Assembly (NCBI GenBank): GCA_013115145.1
Contig: JAAPAO010000109.1
Location: 1-64,000, forward strand
DNA from: Perkinsus chesapeaki ATCC PRA-425
Taxonomy: Eukaryota > Protista > Perkinsozoa
DNA length: 64,000 nt
Reading direction: 5' to 3'
The position numbers and the translations under genes are program-made. The notes below the pieces were generated by a model. That model was not told the origin of the DNA, did no database searches, and saw only the letters and a program-made list of their open reading frames with translations. This document shows positions 10,301 through 25,300 of the stretch, piece after piece (within the stretch, counting starts at the first letter, position 1; every line of letters starts with the position of its first letter).

Positions 10301-13300
10301 CCCCGCTGCCAAACCTGGCGAAGCTACGCAAAGAAAGAGAGCTACCCAGCGCAGTGAAGTCTACTGCTGAGAGAGAAAGCCCCAACCTAGCAGTGCTCAA
10401 GGCCGAAAGAGTGGAAGCAAGACTTGCTGTGGAGACAACTGAGAGAGCAGAACCAACTCTCAAGAAGTCTCTGAGAGATAAGCTGCTTCCGAACGCAGCT
10501 GAGTTCAGAACGGAGAGGCTGCTACCAACCCTAGCATAGGACAATGCAGAGAGGCTACTGCCAAGCTGGCCACTGGATACAACAGATATGTAGCTCCCAA
10601 TACGAGCAAAGGACCTCATCGAGATGGAACTTCCGAGAGAGACGCTGTCAAGGGTGCTCAAACTAGCTCCAACTCGGGCATAAGAGCAGGCGGAAAGAGA
10701 CGATCCAGCTTCCGCACGAGATCTCAAAGACAACGAACTACCCAACCTTGCGAAGCTTCGCAACGATAGAGTGCTTCCAAAGTTGCCCATGTCCAACAGG
10801 GAGACTCCACTGCTGAGGCGGGCCTTGCCAAGGACAGAAGCCGTACTGCCGAGAATCGCCCTGGATGCAATCGATGCCCCGCTACCAAGGCGAGCAAATG
10901 AACGAATAGACAGAGAGCTTCCGAAACCAGAGAAGTCAAGTATCGACAGGCTACTACCCAAGCGGACGGACGAGACTGCGGAAAGCTGCCCGGCCATCAC
11001 TGCGGCACCAGCAACCGAGAGAGAGCTACCCAAACGAGCGAAGCTTCTTAAGGACAACGTGCTTCCAAAGGCGGCGGCATCAACAGCAGAAAGGTAGGAA
11101 GTAGAGCCAATACGCGTGAGACCATCGACGGATATGCTGCTACCGATCCTGCAGAATCCTCTCAAGGAAAGCGAGCTGCCCAGGGTGCCCATACTTAAAA
11201 TAGATGTAGCCGAACCAAGGCGCGCAACGCCCAAAGCAGAAACAGATGAACCGGTGTTGACTACGCCGACAATCGAAAGGGCACTGCCAAACCTAGCAAA
11301 GCTCCGGAGAGACAATGAGCTTCCCAGCGCAATTGTGTCCAGGGCAGAGAGAGTTGAGCCAATGCGGCTGTAGCCTAGAGCTGAGACATCTGCGCCGATC
11401 ACTGCACCACTGGTTGCTGAGATTGAGCTACCTAGGCGAGCGAAAGACCGGAGAGAGAGCGTGCTGGCGAAGGACGTTCCGGCCAGTGTAGAAAGAACAC
11501 TGCCGAACCTAGCTACTTGTACAGCCGATATACTTCCTGCAATGCGAGCCCCAGACAGAAGAGACACAGAGCTGCCAATGCGAGCGAAAGACCTCAACGA
11601 TAGGGTACTTCCGAAGGTTGTGGCATCCACCGTTGATAGTGCACTGCCAACGCGCGCATGCGATAAGGACGAGACTTGGCTTCCCAGGCGCACCACTCCG
11701 GTAGTAGATACTGAGCTTCCGACTCTGGCGAACGATCGCAGCGATAGTGAGCTGCCAAGATAGATACCGTCCAATGCACTGAGTGACTGAGCAAATGAGG
11801 TTCCAGCAGTTATAGAAGCTGAGCTACCAAGGCGAGCGAAGCTCCTCAAGGAAAGTGCGCTTCCAAAAGTAACTTGATCCAGGGCACTAAGGCGACTGCC
11901 GAAGCGAACCGTGCTAACCGTGGAAAGGGCACTTCCGAAGCAGGCAGCGTTGAGAGCAGACAGAGTGGAACCAGCGTAGACCGCACCAAGAGACGAAGTC
12001 AAACCACACACACGCGCAATAGAGGTAATAGATATACCGCTGCCGAGACGAGCGAAAGATCTCATAGACAGCGAGCTACCATATACAGCAGAGTCTATCA
12101 CACTCATGCTGTACAGAGAGCCAATTCGTGTCAAGCCAACAACGGAAAGGCCACTCCCTAGTCGAGCCATACTTCTTAGTGAGAGGGAGCTACCAAGTTG
12201 ACCGAGACCCAAAGCTGAAAGCTTCGATCCGACCCTCAGTGTAGCGCGTAGGGACAGTGAACTACCAAAGTGAGCTGCCTGGATAATTGAAAGGCTACCG
12301 CCGAGTAGAAGGCTTGATTTTGCCGAGATACCACTGCCCATGCGTAGATAACTGCGTAAGCTCAAGGAGCTACCAAGTGTCACAAAATCAACTATCGATA
12401 TCTTGCTTCCTAACCGACCTTGTGACCGAATTGAGAGAGAGCTCCCGAAGGAAGAAGCACCCAGGGATGAGAGAGCATCACCGAAACTTGCCGAAGACAG
12501 AGCCGATAGTGCGCTCCCGACACGTACGCGCTCGGCTGCAGACAGCGAGGAACCAAGCCGCATACATGACCGGAGTGATAAAGAGCTGCCGAGGTTAGCA
12601 TAGTCTACAACGGTAAGTTTACTTCCAAGTCTGGCAAAGTTACGCAAAGACAAAGAACTACCATGGGATGCGCACCCAACAGTAGAAAGGGCGTTACCAA
12701 GCCTCGCTATACCAAGTACAGACATGGCTGAGCCAGTGCGAGTAACACCGGTCACTGATATCGAGCTGCCTAACCTAGCATAACCTCTTATTGAGAGGGA
12801 GCTGCCTAGGTTGACACAGTCCACAATACTAGCAACACTACCAAACCGAGCGAAGCTGCGCATAGAGATCGAAGACCCACAGTTGACGAATTCTGCTACA
12901 GACAAGCTGCCCCCAAATTCCAGTTGACCTTGGGCGAAGAGTCTGCTGTAGAGAGATAGGCTGCTACCGAGTCTCGCAAAGGACCTCAAGGATAGTGAGC
13001 TAGCTAGGTTGGCTGTCAGCATGACAGATAGCATACCCGCAACACGACTGCTACCAACAACGGAGACTGAGCTACCGGTCCTTACGAATGATCGCAGAGA
13101 AACGGAGCTCGCCAGAGTGATAGAGTCGCATACAGATACCCCACCGGTACCAAACCTAGACTGGCCATAGACAGAGATAGAACTACCCAGTCTGCCGATC
13201 GACCGTAAAGATAACGTGCTGGCGAAGGAAGCCGTGCTTATAGTAGATAATGCATAGATCGAACCAAGCCTTGCAAGACCAGTAAGCGACAATCCACTTC

Positions 13301-16300
13301 CTAGGCGAGCAAAGCTTCTCAAAGACAAGCTGCTGGCACAGTGGGCCATGTTGACGATGCTTGCACTGTATATCGAGGTAGTGCGGGTGACACCACAAAT
13401 CGAGACACTGCTGCCAAATCTAGCAAAGCCTCTCATAGATATGGAACTACCAATGGCGGCCATATCGATCAATGATAGTTTAAAGACGCTACCAATTCTA
13501 GCTAGGCCGAGCACCGATATTCCACTACCCAACCGAGCGGCGTGTCGGAGAGACAAGCAGCTGCTCATTGAACCAAAATCATATACTGATAGGGCGGAAC
13601 CGAGGTTTCCTAGAACCCTCACAGATAAAGAACTCCCTAGAGTAGTAGCACTCAAGACCGATAGGGCACTACCAAGTCGAGCCTTGCCCACGGTAGAGAC
13701 ACCACTGCCGAGGCGAGCGAACGCGCGCAGCGACAGGGAGCTGCCGAAGGAGGCCGCATCAAAGATAGAGAGCTTTCCACCAAGGCTGGCGAAAGAACGA
13801 AGGGACACGGAGCTTGATAATTGGACAGCGTTGGACGCCGATATGACTCCACCATGCCAAATCTTAGATGATACTGAGAGGGCACTACCAAGGCGAGCAG
13901 CTGCTCTGAGTGACATACAGCTGCCAATCATAACATGGTCTAAAATTGACAGGGACGCGCCGAAGCGAGTAGCTGACACAGCGGAAAGCCTCGAGCCAAC
14001 CCGACAGAAAGCCCTTACAGACAGGCTACTCGATAGATGAACAAAGTCAAATACCGATAACTTGGATCCACAACGTGAGAAGGCTCTCAGGGATAGGGAA
14101 CTGCCGAATTGAGCCTCATCAATAACAGACAACTTGCGTAACGAGCCTAGTCTGGCAAGGCCAAGTACTGATACACCGCTACCAAACCGGGCTACTCCTC
14201 TAAGTGAGAGAGTACTGCCTAGTGTGACGAAGTCTAGTACGGTTGCAGCAGAGCCTAGTCGAGCAAAGCTTCTTATTGACAGTGTACTACCAAAAGACAC
14301 CGAGTCCACCACTGACAGCTTAGATTGCATATAGGATTTACCATAGACCGATATCGATGATCCAGCAAGGGTACTGGATAATATCGACAGACCAGAGCCA
14401 AGCCTTGCAATAGCACGAATTGACATGCTACTTCCGAGACCGACCTGGTCGAGTACGGACAATTGGCTACCCAAAGAGCCCCTCGACAGAACAGATATCC
14501 TAGAGCCGATCTTGGAGCTGCAACGTAGTGAGAGACTACTGCCCAAGGTAACATAATCCAACACTGAGAGCTTGGAACCAAGTCGAGCAAAGCTTCTAAG
14601 AGATAGAGAACTACCAAGACCAGCCTCAGCTATAGTGGACACCGAGTAAATAGATCCGGTACGGAGTAACCCAAGCACCGAAACGCTGCTTCCCAACCGG
14701 CTGAATGCTCGCAGGGAGAGGCTACTGCCAAACTCGACCTCCTCGAGAACAGAGAGGCGGCCACCAACTCGCGAAAAGGAGCGAACCGATAACACGCTGC
14801 CGAAGTGTGCCTGGTCCAGCACTGACGTTTTGCTGCCCAACCTAGCAAAACTCCTCAGCGATAGAGAGCTACCGAAATGAGCTTGGCCTATCGTACTGAC
14901 ACGACTACCAAATTGGGCGGTGCTGAGCGCTGAAACGCTGCTGGCTAGTCGAGCGAAGCTACGCAGCGACAGTGAGCTTCCAAGATTGAGGGATTCAAGC
15001 ACACTAGCTCGTGAACCCAGTCGAGCGAACGACCTTAGAGAGAGTGAGCTACCCATACTGGCCTGAGCCAACACAGATATAGCCGATCCAAGTGCAGCTT
15101 TCTGCAGAACAGTAACAGCACTGCCCAGTCTGGTAAATGTGCGTAATGACAAACTACTGCCAATGCTCATATTCTCTATAACCGATAGCTTTGAGCCTAC
15201 TCTAGCAAAGCTTCTCAGAGAGATGGAGCTACCAAGGGTTGCGTAGCTCACTAGAGACATGTAGGAACCTAGACGTGCTCCATCGAACAGTGAGAGAGCA
15301 CTTCCCACCCTAAGGAAAGCTCGTAATGACATTGAGCTGCCTAGGATCGAGGTGTCCAGGACTGACAAACTGGAACCGGATCGGCTGAAAGACCGCAATG
15401 ATACCGAGCTTCCTAGAGTAATACGATCTAGGACAGAGAGCGAGGACCCAAGACGTAGCGTCGACAAGAGGGATACTGAGCTCCCCAGTCGGCACGCACT
15501 CCTCAACGACAGGCTACTTCCGAAAGCTACAAACTCGATGGCTGACAGTGATTTACCGATGCTGGCCTTCCCAAGAGCCGAGAAACCAGAGCCAATACGA
15601 GCTATAGATCTCAGGGATAGAGTGCTGCTGAAGGAAACCATGTCCATAACGCTTAGTCGACTGCTCAATCGCATCCACGAGCGGATAGAAAGCGAGCTGC
15701 CGAAGGAGGCGAATCCGAGAGATGATACAGTGCCACCACACCGACTTAGTGAAAGGGCTGACAAGGCATAGCCGAAGCATCCAGATGTAGAGACCGAAAG
15801 GCTGCTACCGAGACGAGCGAAGCTTCGCAAAGAGAACGAGCTTCCAAGAGTCACAGCACCGTAAGCAGACACCGTATATAGTGAGCCTACCCGAGTTAAT
15901 CCAGTGACAGAGACTGTGCTACCAAGCCTTGCAAAGCTTCTGAGCGACAAACTGCTCGAGAGAACACCGCTATCCAGCACAGTGAGGAGGCTTCCCAGGC
16001 GGGCGAAGCTCCTCAATGACATCGAGCTGCCAAATGAGACTGCAGCAATAGCAGATACGCCGGCGCCGAGCCTACAGGCGGATAGTACTGAGACAGTACT
16101 TCCGACTCTCACTAGTGACCGTACCGACAGTGAGCTGCTCAGAGTGGTAAAGTCGACAGTGCTGAGTGAACTGCCTAGCCTTGTGAAGCTGCGTAGCGAG
16201 AGTGAAGTGCCGAGGACAGTGGTATCCAACACAGAGAGCCGCTGAGAGAGCCTTGCAGCGCCCAGAACAGAGAATCCACTGCCAAGCCGGGCGAACTGTC

Positions 16301-19300
16301 TCAGAGATAACGAGCTTCCGAAGGATGTCGAAGCTATAACAGACAAGGTGTATACCGATCCACAGCGAAGAAGGGAGGCCACGGATAGGCTGCTGCCAAG
16401 TCGAGCAAGACTTCGAACACTGAGAGAGCTACCCAGTGACGACAGGTCCCACAAACTCAGCGGGCTGCCAAGTCGAGTAAAGCTTCTAATGGATAACGAG
16501 CTGCCCAATGCTACTTGGTCGAGGACCGATAATGACCCACCCATCTTAGTAACGCCATACGCAGATACGGTACTGCCGAGTCTAGCTGAGCTTCTCATTG
16601 ATAGGGAGCTTCCGAGTAGTACGAAATCTAGTACACTAGACTTGCTGCCAAGACGAGCAAAGCTACGCAGAGAAAGAGTGCTTCCCATCGCAACTTGGTC
16701 TAATACCGAGGTCGTGGAGCCGAGAGAAGTGCGGGCTAGGGTACTTAATGCACTGCCTATCCGGGCAGATCCGCATACAGAGAGAGAGCTACCGAGACGG
16801 GCTGCGGACCTCAATGATAGACTGCTCCCACACTCCACAGCGGAAATGACACTTAGCCGATACACTGAGCCCAGCCGAGCCAGACCGAAAGCAGAGATAC
16901 TGCTGCCGAGCCGGCAAGCGCCTCGAAGAGAGAGCGTGCTCCCGAGGTTAGTGTAGTCAAGGACCGACATTTTGCTACCCAAACGAGAGAAGCCTCTAAG
17001 GGATAGAGAGCTGCCGAAGGTAGCATCAGCGATCACAGACAAGGCGTAAACAGAGCCAACGCGAGTGAGACCAGTGACCGATAGTGAACTGCCAAGTCTA
17101 GCTGCACTTCTCAAGGAAAGCGAACTACCAAACTGGCCACTTGAGATAACACTGAGGCTATACAAGGAACCGAGTCGAGCCAGTTGGGAGATAGAACATG
17201 TGCTTCCTATCCTAACAGCTGCTCGAATAGATAAGGCCGATCCGAAAGATGCAAAATTGCAAATACTTGCGCTGCTTGCAAGTCGGGCAAACGACCTCAG
17301 AGATAGGCTACTGCCATACGATACACTACCTAGTACGCTAGCAGCACCACCTAGGCGAGCATTGCTGAAGACTGATGCTGTGCTGCCCAAACGAGCGAAG
17401 GACCGTAACGATAATGAGCTGCCGAAACCAGTGTAGGCTATCACCGAGAGTCCGTACATGGAGCCAACACGCGACAGGCCATACACGGATACGCCACTAC
17501 CGAACCTCGCCACTCCGCGTAAGGAAAGTGAGCTACCGAGAGCAACCATATCAAGTACCGAAGCTGAGCTTCCGAGTCTTGCAAAGGAGCGAAGAGATAA
17601 AGAGCTGCCTAAGGTAGCTTCAGCAAGAACAGACAGACCACATCCGCAAGGACTGTTAGTATTGCCGAACACCGAGAGGGAACTGCCGAGGCGGACAGCG
17701 CTTCTAACAGACAGGCTACTGCTGAGGGCAGTGAAGCTGAATACTGATAGAACACCACCGAGCCGAGTGAAGCTCCGCAAGGAAAGAGAGCTAGAATATG
17801 CCACAGAACCAAGAGCAGAGAGTGACCCACCCAAGGATGATTTGCTGAATACCGAGAAGGAGCTACCTATCCTCGCAAATGAAGCTAACGAAAGGCTGCT
17901 AGCTAGTGACGTGGAATCGAATATGGACTGTTTGCTGCCTAGCCGAGCGAAGCTTCTGAGGGAGAGGATGCTTCCAAAAGTGGCTGCGCCAATAGCGGTG
18001 AGTGAATCGCCTATTCTTGTAGAACCAAAGGTCGACACCGCACTGCCAACTCTGGCAAATCCGCGCAGTGACAAGCTACTACCAAGGGAAGTCGAACTAA
18101 TGACCGATAGCTGATACATAGATCCTACTCTAGCGAGACCTATAACTGATATACCGCTTCCGAACCTTGATAGGCCTCTGACGGATAGTGCACTGCCCAG
18201 GTATACACTGTCAAGCACCGATAAGTCACTGCCGAGGCGCGCAAAGCTTCTTACCGACAGGGAACTGCCCAGATTAACCATCTCGCAGACTGATACAGCG
18301 AGCAGCGAGCCGAACCTTGTAACTCCAGTAACCGAGAGTGAACTACCGGCCCGAACAACAGCTCTGATAGAAAGGCTGCTACCTAGAGTGGCCAGATCGA
18401 ATACGCTGACTGAACTACCGAGCCTTCCAAAGCTCCGCAGCGAAAGGCTACTTCCGAGGGTAGTAGAGCCGAGGATGGAGTAGGCACCACCAACGAGAGC
18501 AGTAGAGTAGGTAGAGCAAGTACTACCGAAACGCACGACCGAGCGAAGGGAGAGAGAACTGCTCAACGAGACAAAGTCCAAGATGGTTGTCGAGCTCCCT
18601 AGTCGGGCAAAGCTTCTGAGGGACAAGCTACTGCCGAAAGCTGAGCCCTCTAGTATTGAAGCACTAGCGCCAAGTCGAGCGGCCGCAAAGACAGATACAT
18701 CACTGCCTAGTCTGGCAAAACTTCTGAGCGATAGAGAGCTTGCGAAGGAGGAACCAGCAATAACCGAGACCATGTAGACCGATCCGACACGCTGTAAGCC
18801 TTGAATCGAGACACCGCTGCCAAACCTGGCGCAACCTCGTAGAGATAAGGAACTACTCAGAGTTACAAAGTCGAGAACGGATACGCTGGACCCGAGCCGA
18901 GAGAAGCTTCGTAATGACAGAGAACTACCAAGGGAAGCCTCCGAAATGGTGCTGATAGATCCACCAAGACCCATTGCAGCAAGCACGGAGACTGTGCTAC
19001 CAAGCCGCATAGCAGAACGGAGCGATAGGCTACTTCCCAATGACGTGTAGTCAAGAACACTGGCGGATTTACCAAGGCGGGCAAATGTGCGAAGTGACAG
19101 AGAACTTCCGAATGACGCAGCGCCTACGGTCGACAACTTGTCGCCCAGGTGAACCTTGGATAGAGCAGAGAGGCTACTGCCGAATGTCGCCGATGACTTA
19201 ACAGATACAGAGCTAGCGATCCTGGCGAAGGATCGTAACGACAAAGCACTGCCAATTGCCATATCAGAGATAACAGACACCTTATAGATGGAGCCAACAC

Positions 19301-22300
19301 GTGCGAGGCCAGTGATAGAGATTGCACTGCCGAGGCGAGCAAAACCCCTCAAAGACAGTGAACTGCTGAGCAGAGTAGCTTCGAGAACACTGGTTGAGCT
19401 ACCGAGGCGAGCAAAGCTGCGCAATGATAAGCTGCTACCAAACGATGACTGTCCCAAGACACTCAAGCTGCCGCTGATTAAAGCAGACGAACTTGCGGAG
19501 AGTGAGCTTCCATGGCGAAGGACTGCACGTATTGATAACGAGCTGCCAAGCGCTACATAGTCCAAAACTGAGATCTTGGAACCAACCCTTGCGAAGGAAC
19601 GGAGGGAAAGGCTACTGCCTAGATCGCTTTGACCCAGGACACTTACAGAAGAGCCAACGCAGCCACTAGAGAAGATAGAAATTCCGCTTCCGAGTCTAGC
19701 AAGAGACCTCACTGAAAGCGCACTTCCGAGGGTGGTGGATGCAATAGTAGATAGTGCATAGAGGGAGCCCAAGCGCATTAGCCCAGTTATTGAGATACCA
19801 CTACCATATCTTGCAACTGATCGCAAGGACAGGGAACTGCTTAGAGCTACCGAATCGAAGACCGACACACGACTTCCGAGCCGGCCGAAGCTCCGTAGTG
19901 ATAGGGAACTTCCGAGGTAAGACTCGGCAACAACTGACAGAGACTGACCAATCTTCGACAAACCAAAGGTAGAGATCGAACTGCCAAAACGTGCCATGGA
20001 CCGTACCGATAAGGCGCTAGCAAGATTCACAGTATCGAGCACGGAGAGTCGCGATCCCAATAGGCCAAAGCTTCGGAGTGATAAGCTGCTGCCTAGCTGT
20101 GATTCGGAAAGGACTGATACTGAGGCACCTGATCTAACGAAGGAAAGTGCTGAGATTGCCGAACCAACGTTAGCAGTTCCACTAATCGACAGGCCACTCC
20201 CCAGTCGAGCAAAGGACCGCAACGAGAGACTGCTAGCTAGGCATGTGCTGTCGATTACACTAAGCTTGTATACAGAGCCCAACCTAGTAAGGCCCGTAAC
20301 AGACGCACCACTGCCGATTCTAGCGAACGACCGTAATGACAACGCACTTCCAAGACTGGCAGTGTCAAATACACTGAGCTTGGAGCCAAGACGACCAAAT
20401 CCTCTCAAGGAAAGGGTGCTGCCTATGTGGACATACCCCACACAAGAAGCAAGCGAGATAGATCCAAATCTAGCCACCGAAGCGGTTGAGACAGAACTAC
20501 CGAGCCGTACTGCGGATCTGACCGAAAGGCTGCTTCCGAGAACGGTATAGTCCATGACGGACACTTTGCTACCAAGACGAGCAAAAGACCGCAGAGATAG
20601 GGAACTACCGAAGGCAGCGCGGCCTATAACAGAAGCGGTACTCATGGATCCCAGCGTACCAAGGCCCGCAGCAGAGATACCGCTGCCGATCCTTAAGAAG
20701 GAACGGAGAGACAGAGAGGACCCGCATTGGACGGAATCGAATACAGATAGTTTGCCAGCAAAAGTGCTCTTGTCGCCAGAACCAACCGATAAACTACTTC
20801 CAATACGAGCAAAGCTCCTGCAGGAGAGGCTGCTACCTAATGTTATATGGTCGAATACCGTAGCTGAACTTCCCAACCTTGCAAATGACCGTAAGCTGAG
20901 CGAGCTTCCGAGTACATTAGCAGCTATGGCAGAGAGCTTGTAAACAGAACCAACCCTACACAAACCCGTTACGGACAAGCCACTGCCGAGTCGGGAAACG
21001 CTACGTAGGGAGAGGGAGCTGCCGAAGGTTGCCGAGCCCAGGACGCTTGCTGTGGTCGCTAGTCTGGCAAACGACCTCAACGATAATGCGCTACTGAAAG
21101 TCGCCGATTCAACGACCGAGCAGAGCCCACCTAGTCTTGCGAATGAGCGAAGTGATAGGGTGCTTCCAAAGGATGCCTGGCTTTGCACAGACAAAGAGCT
21201 ACCTAATCGAGTACCAAGGAGAGCCGAGAGGGTACTTCCACACCGAGCAGCAGTCCTCAGTGACAGAGAGCTACCCAAAGCGCAGTGGTCGAGTATAGAT
21301 ACGCCGTCACCAATACGAGCAAACGAGCGTAGAGAAAGCGAGCTACTGAATGACGAGCACCCTATGGTAGAAAGGGCACTCCCGAGAAGAGAGGCTCCCA
21401 CAACAGAAGTCGAGCTGCCTATCCTAGACATGCTTCTTACTGACAGAGAGCTGCCTAAGGATACTTGATCTATGATAGAGAGAGAATAAACAGAACCAAC
21501 CCTGTAGAGACCAGCAACAGATAAACCACTGCCGAGACGAGCGAAAGATCGTAAGGACAAGGCGCTGCCGAAAGAGGTGCAGTCGAGAGCGGAGAGACGA
21601 CCACCAATGCTAGCTATGTTACGTATGGAGAGAGTGCTACCCATGTTGACGTAGTCCAACAGTGATAGTGTACCGGCAAAACGTGATCGTTCCGCTATAG
21701 ACAAACTACTGCCACAACGGAGGAAGGTCCTCACTGAAAGGGAGCTGCCAAGAGCCACAAACTCCAATAGGGAGGATCTTGACCCCATTCTAGCAAACCC
21801 ACGGAGCGAGAGAGAGCTGCCAAGATGGGAGAAGCTCAGAACGGAAGCGCTTGCACCAAGTCGTGCGGCCGACAAGGCTGAGACAGTACTCCCAAGGCGA
21901 GCGACCGACCTTAGTGATAATGAGCTGCCTAAGGTTGGATAGTCTAGCACTGATAGACTCCCGCCTAGCGCGGATTTTCCGTAGGCCGATACAGCACTAC
22001 CAAAGCGTGCAAATGTTCTGAGCGACAAGGCACTCCCGAGAACAGTGCAGTCCAGGCTAGACACAGTACCAGCGAGGCGACTGAAGCTCCGGAGAGAGAG
22101 GGAGCTGCCGAAGGCTATTGAGCCAAGAACAGTAGCAGAGCTACCGAGCATTCCACGGCCAAGCACTGACATGGAGCTGCCCAGTCGAGCAGCAGACCGC
22201 AGTGATAAAGAACTGCCCAGAGTTGCAGAGCCAATTATGCTGATAGTGGTAAGTGAGCCAACCCTTGCTAGACCTGCAACCGATAGGCCACTGCCAAGAC

Positions 22301-25300
22301 GAGAGAAAGCTCTTAATGACAATGAACTGCCGAAAGCAGCGGAGTCTAGGACACTAACCTTGCTACCGAACCTGGCAAAGCATCGTAGGGATAGCGAGCT
22401 GCCGAAAGCGACGGAATCCAACACAGTAAGGCTGCTGCCCACAGTGGAAGCAGCGTACACCGAAGTACTATCTCCAAGCCTGGCGAATCCGCGGATCGAT
22501 AGTGAACTACCGAAGTTAGTGTAGTCGAACACGGTAGCACAACTCCCTAGCCTCGCGAATGAACGTAACGATAGCGAGCTACCGAAGTGTGCCTCCTCGA
22601 GGACAGACAGAGCACTGCCAATCATTCCGCTACCGAAGAGAGAGATACTGCTGCCTAGCTTGGCCACGCCTCTCAGGGATAGCGAGCTGCCTAACGTAAC
22701 GGAGGCTATAACGGATTGAGATGATCCTAGCCTTGTGACACCGTAAAGAGAGGCGGAGCTACCAACGCGTACAAATGACCGCAGGGAGAGGGAGCTTCCC
22801 AGTTGAGTGGAATCGAAAACGGATACTTTCTGGCCAAGTCTAGCCATATTCCGCACAGATAGTGAACTCCCGAGTGCCACCATATCAATCACTGATGCTT
22901 TGTAAACTGAGCCGAACCGAACCAGGCCAGTCACCGATAAACCGCTGCCCAACCGAGCAAATCCTCGGAGAGACAGTGAGCTACTGACTGAAGAGTAATC
23001 GACCACGGAGAGCGATTCACCAAGGGAAGCTGAATATTGTACAGACAGAGAGCTGCCTAAGCGGCCGAAAGACCTTAGAGAGAGGGAGCTAGCAAGCAGG
23101 CTACATTCGAGAGCACTAACGGAACTCCCTAATCTGCTGAAGCTTCGCAAAGATAGAGAGCTACCAAGGGTGATAGCCCCGATAATGCTTAAAGACGAGC
23201 CCACAGCGATGGCAGAGGCTGTAGAGACTGCGCTACCCACTCGGAAGAATTGTCGTAGGGAGAGAGCACTGCCTAGGTTAACAGCATCTAGGATGGAGAT
23301 ACTGCTTCCTAGTCTACCAGTGTTGAACACGGACATTGAGCTGCCCATGCGAGTAACAGCAGCCAATGACAGAGAGCTACCAAGGGTAGTATAGTCGGTA
23401 ACAGAAAGCTTGCTACCCAGACGAGAAAAAGATCTCAGTGATAATGAGCTACTCAGAACATTCATAGCAATCACCGAAAGTTTGTATAGAGAACCAATGC
23501 GGGCTAAGCCTTGCACTGATATACCACTACCAAACCGGCCAACAGCTCTTAGCGATAAACTGCTTCCAAAGGAGGCCAGATTCAAGGAAGAGATAGCTGA
23601 CCCAAATCGCCCTGTTGAGACCAACGAGAGAGCACTGCCGAGCCTCAAAGAGCTCCTCAATGAGAGAGAGCTACCAAGGGAGACGTAGTCTAATACGGAC
23701 ATCTTACTGCTCATTCTAGCGAAGCTGCGCAAAGACATAGTACTTCCTAAGTTACAGTATTCCACCAGGGATACAGCGCTACCGAACCAGGTCCGCTGAG
23801 TTACACTGAGGCCGCTGCCTAACCTAGCTAAACTTCGGACTGATAGTGAGCTCGAGAGCCTGGTGAAGTCTATAACGCTAGCGGAACTTGCGAGTCGAGC
23901 GAAACTCCGGAGAGACAAGGCACTGCCGAAGGTTAGAGCCTCAGCAACCGAGAGGGATGATGATAGTCTTGTTGCAGCCAATACTGAGACACCACTACCG
24001 AACCGGGCTAGAGATCGCAGAGATAATGAGCTGCCAAGCTGAGCATCACCAAGAATACTCAAAGCAGCACCATATCTTGCACCTCCCAGCAGCGATAAAG
24101 AACTTCCGATCCTAAGGAAATTACGCATAGATAACGCACTTCCAAAGTTAGCTCGATCTAATACAGTAGTGTGGTGGCCGATTCTCGCAAACGACTTCAA
24201 TGATAGTGAACTCGCTAATGTTACAAAGTCGAGCACCGAAGTCGAACCACACAGCCTCGCGAAGGAACGAAGGGACAATGAGCTGCCGAAGGACGCATGC
24301 CCTATAGTACTCAAAGACGAACCAAGCATGGCACCCCCGACTAATGAGGCCGAACTGCCAACCTTGGCGAAGCACCGCAATGACAAGGAGCTTCCTAACG
24401 AGGTGAAGTCTAGTACACTTAGAGAGAGGCCAAGGCTTGACATGCCGAATGCAGAGAACCCGCTTCCTGCACGATGATAGCTCCTAACTGATAGGGAACT
24501 ACTGAATTCAGCAGCACCAATAATGGATAAGACCGAGCCCAAACGGAAGCTGCTCCAAGTGGATAAGGAGCTGCCAATCCTACAGAAGCTCCGAAGAGAG
24601 AGGCCGCTGCCGAGACCAACCTCCGATAGCACAGACAAAGATGCACCGTGAAGAGATTTTAAAGCGACAGACAGTCCAGAGCCAAACCGGCTGACAGCTC
24701 GAAGGGATAGACTGCTGCCAAGGTGGGTACAGCCGAGAGCAGAGAGCTGATTGCCGACACCGAGTTTGGTACCAGCTATAGATAACGAGCTTCCAGCTCT
24801 CAACATCGATCGAAGTGACACAGCTGATCCACAATGTAGGACGTCGAGCGTTGAAATAGAGCTACCCAGTCTTGCCATACCATATAAGGATATCGCGCTG
24901 CCTAGCCTCGAGAAGCAACGTAAGGAAAGTGTGCTTCCGAAGGATGTGGTAGCCAATGCAGTCAGTGTGTTACCAAGACGGCAACGACCGACAACAGAAG
25001 CGGAGCTACCAACTCTAACAAAGTTGCGTAAAGACAGTGAGCTACCTAGCACGGTTTGCTCGATCACGCTCAATGTTTTACCCAATCGCAAGCTCTCTCT
25101 GACAGAAAGGGCACTACCGAAACGCGCCAAATACCGTAGGGATAGAGAACTACCCAGGTCAGCAAAAGACACCACTGATAGTGAACCACTGAGGCGGGCT
25201 AGCGCTACCAAGGAAAGGGTGCTTCCTAACCTTGCGAATTGACGCAGAGAGACACAGCTACCAATCTGACCCATATCGAGGACTGAGAGTGCTGCCCCGA

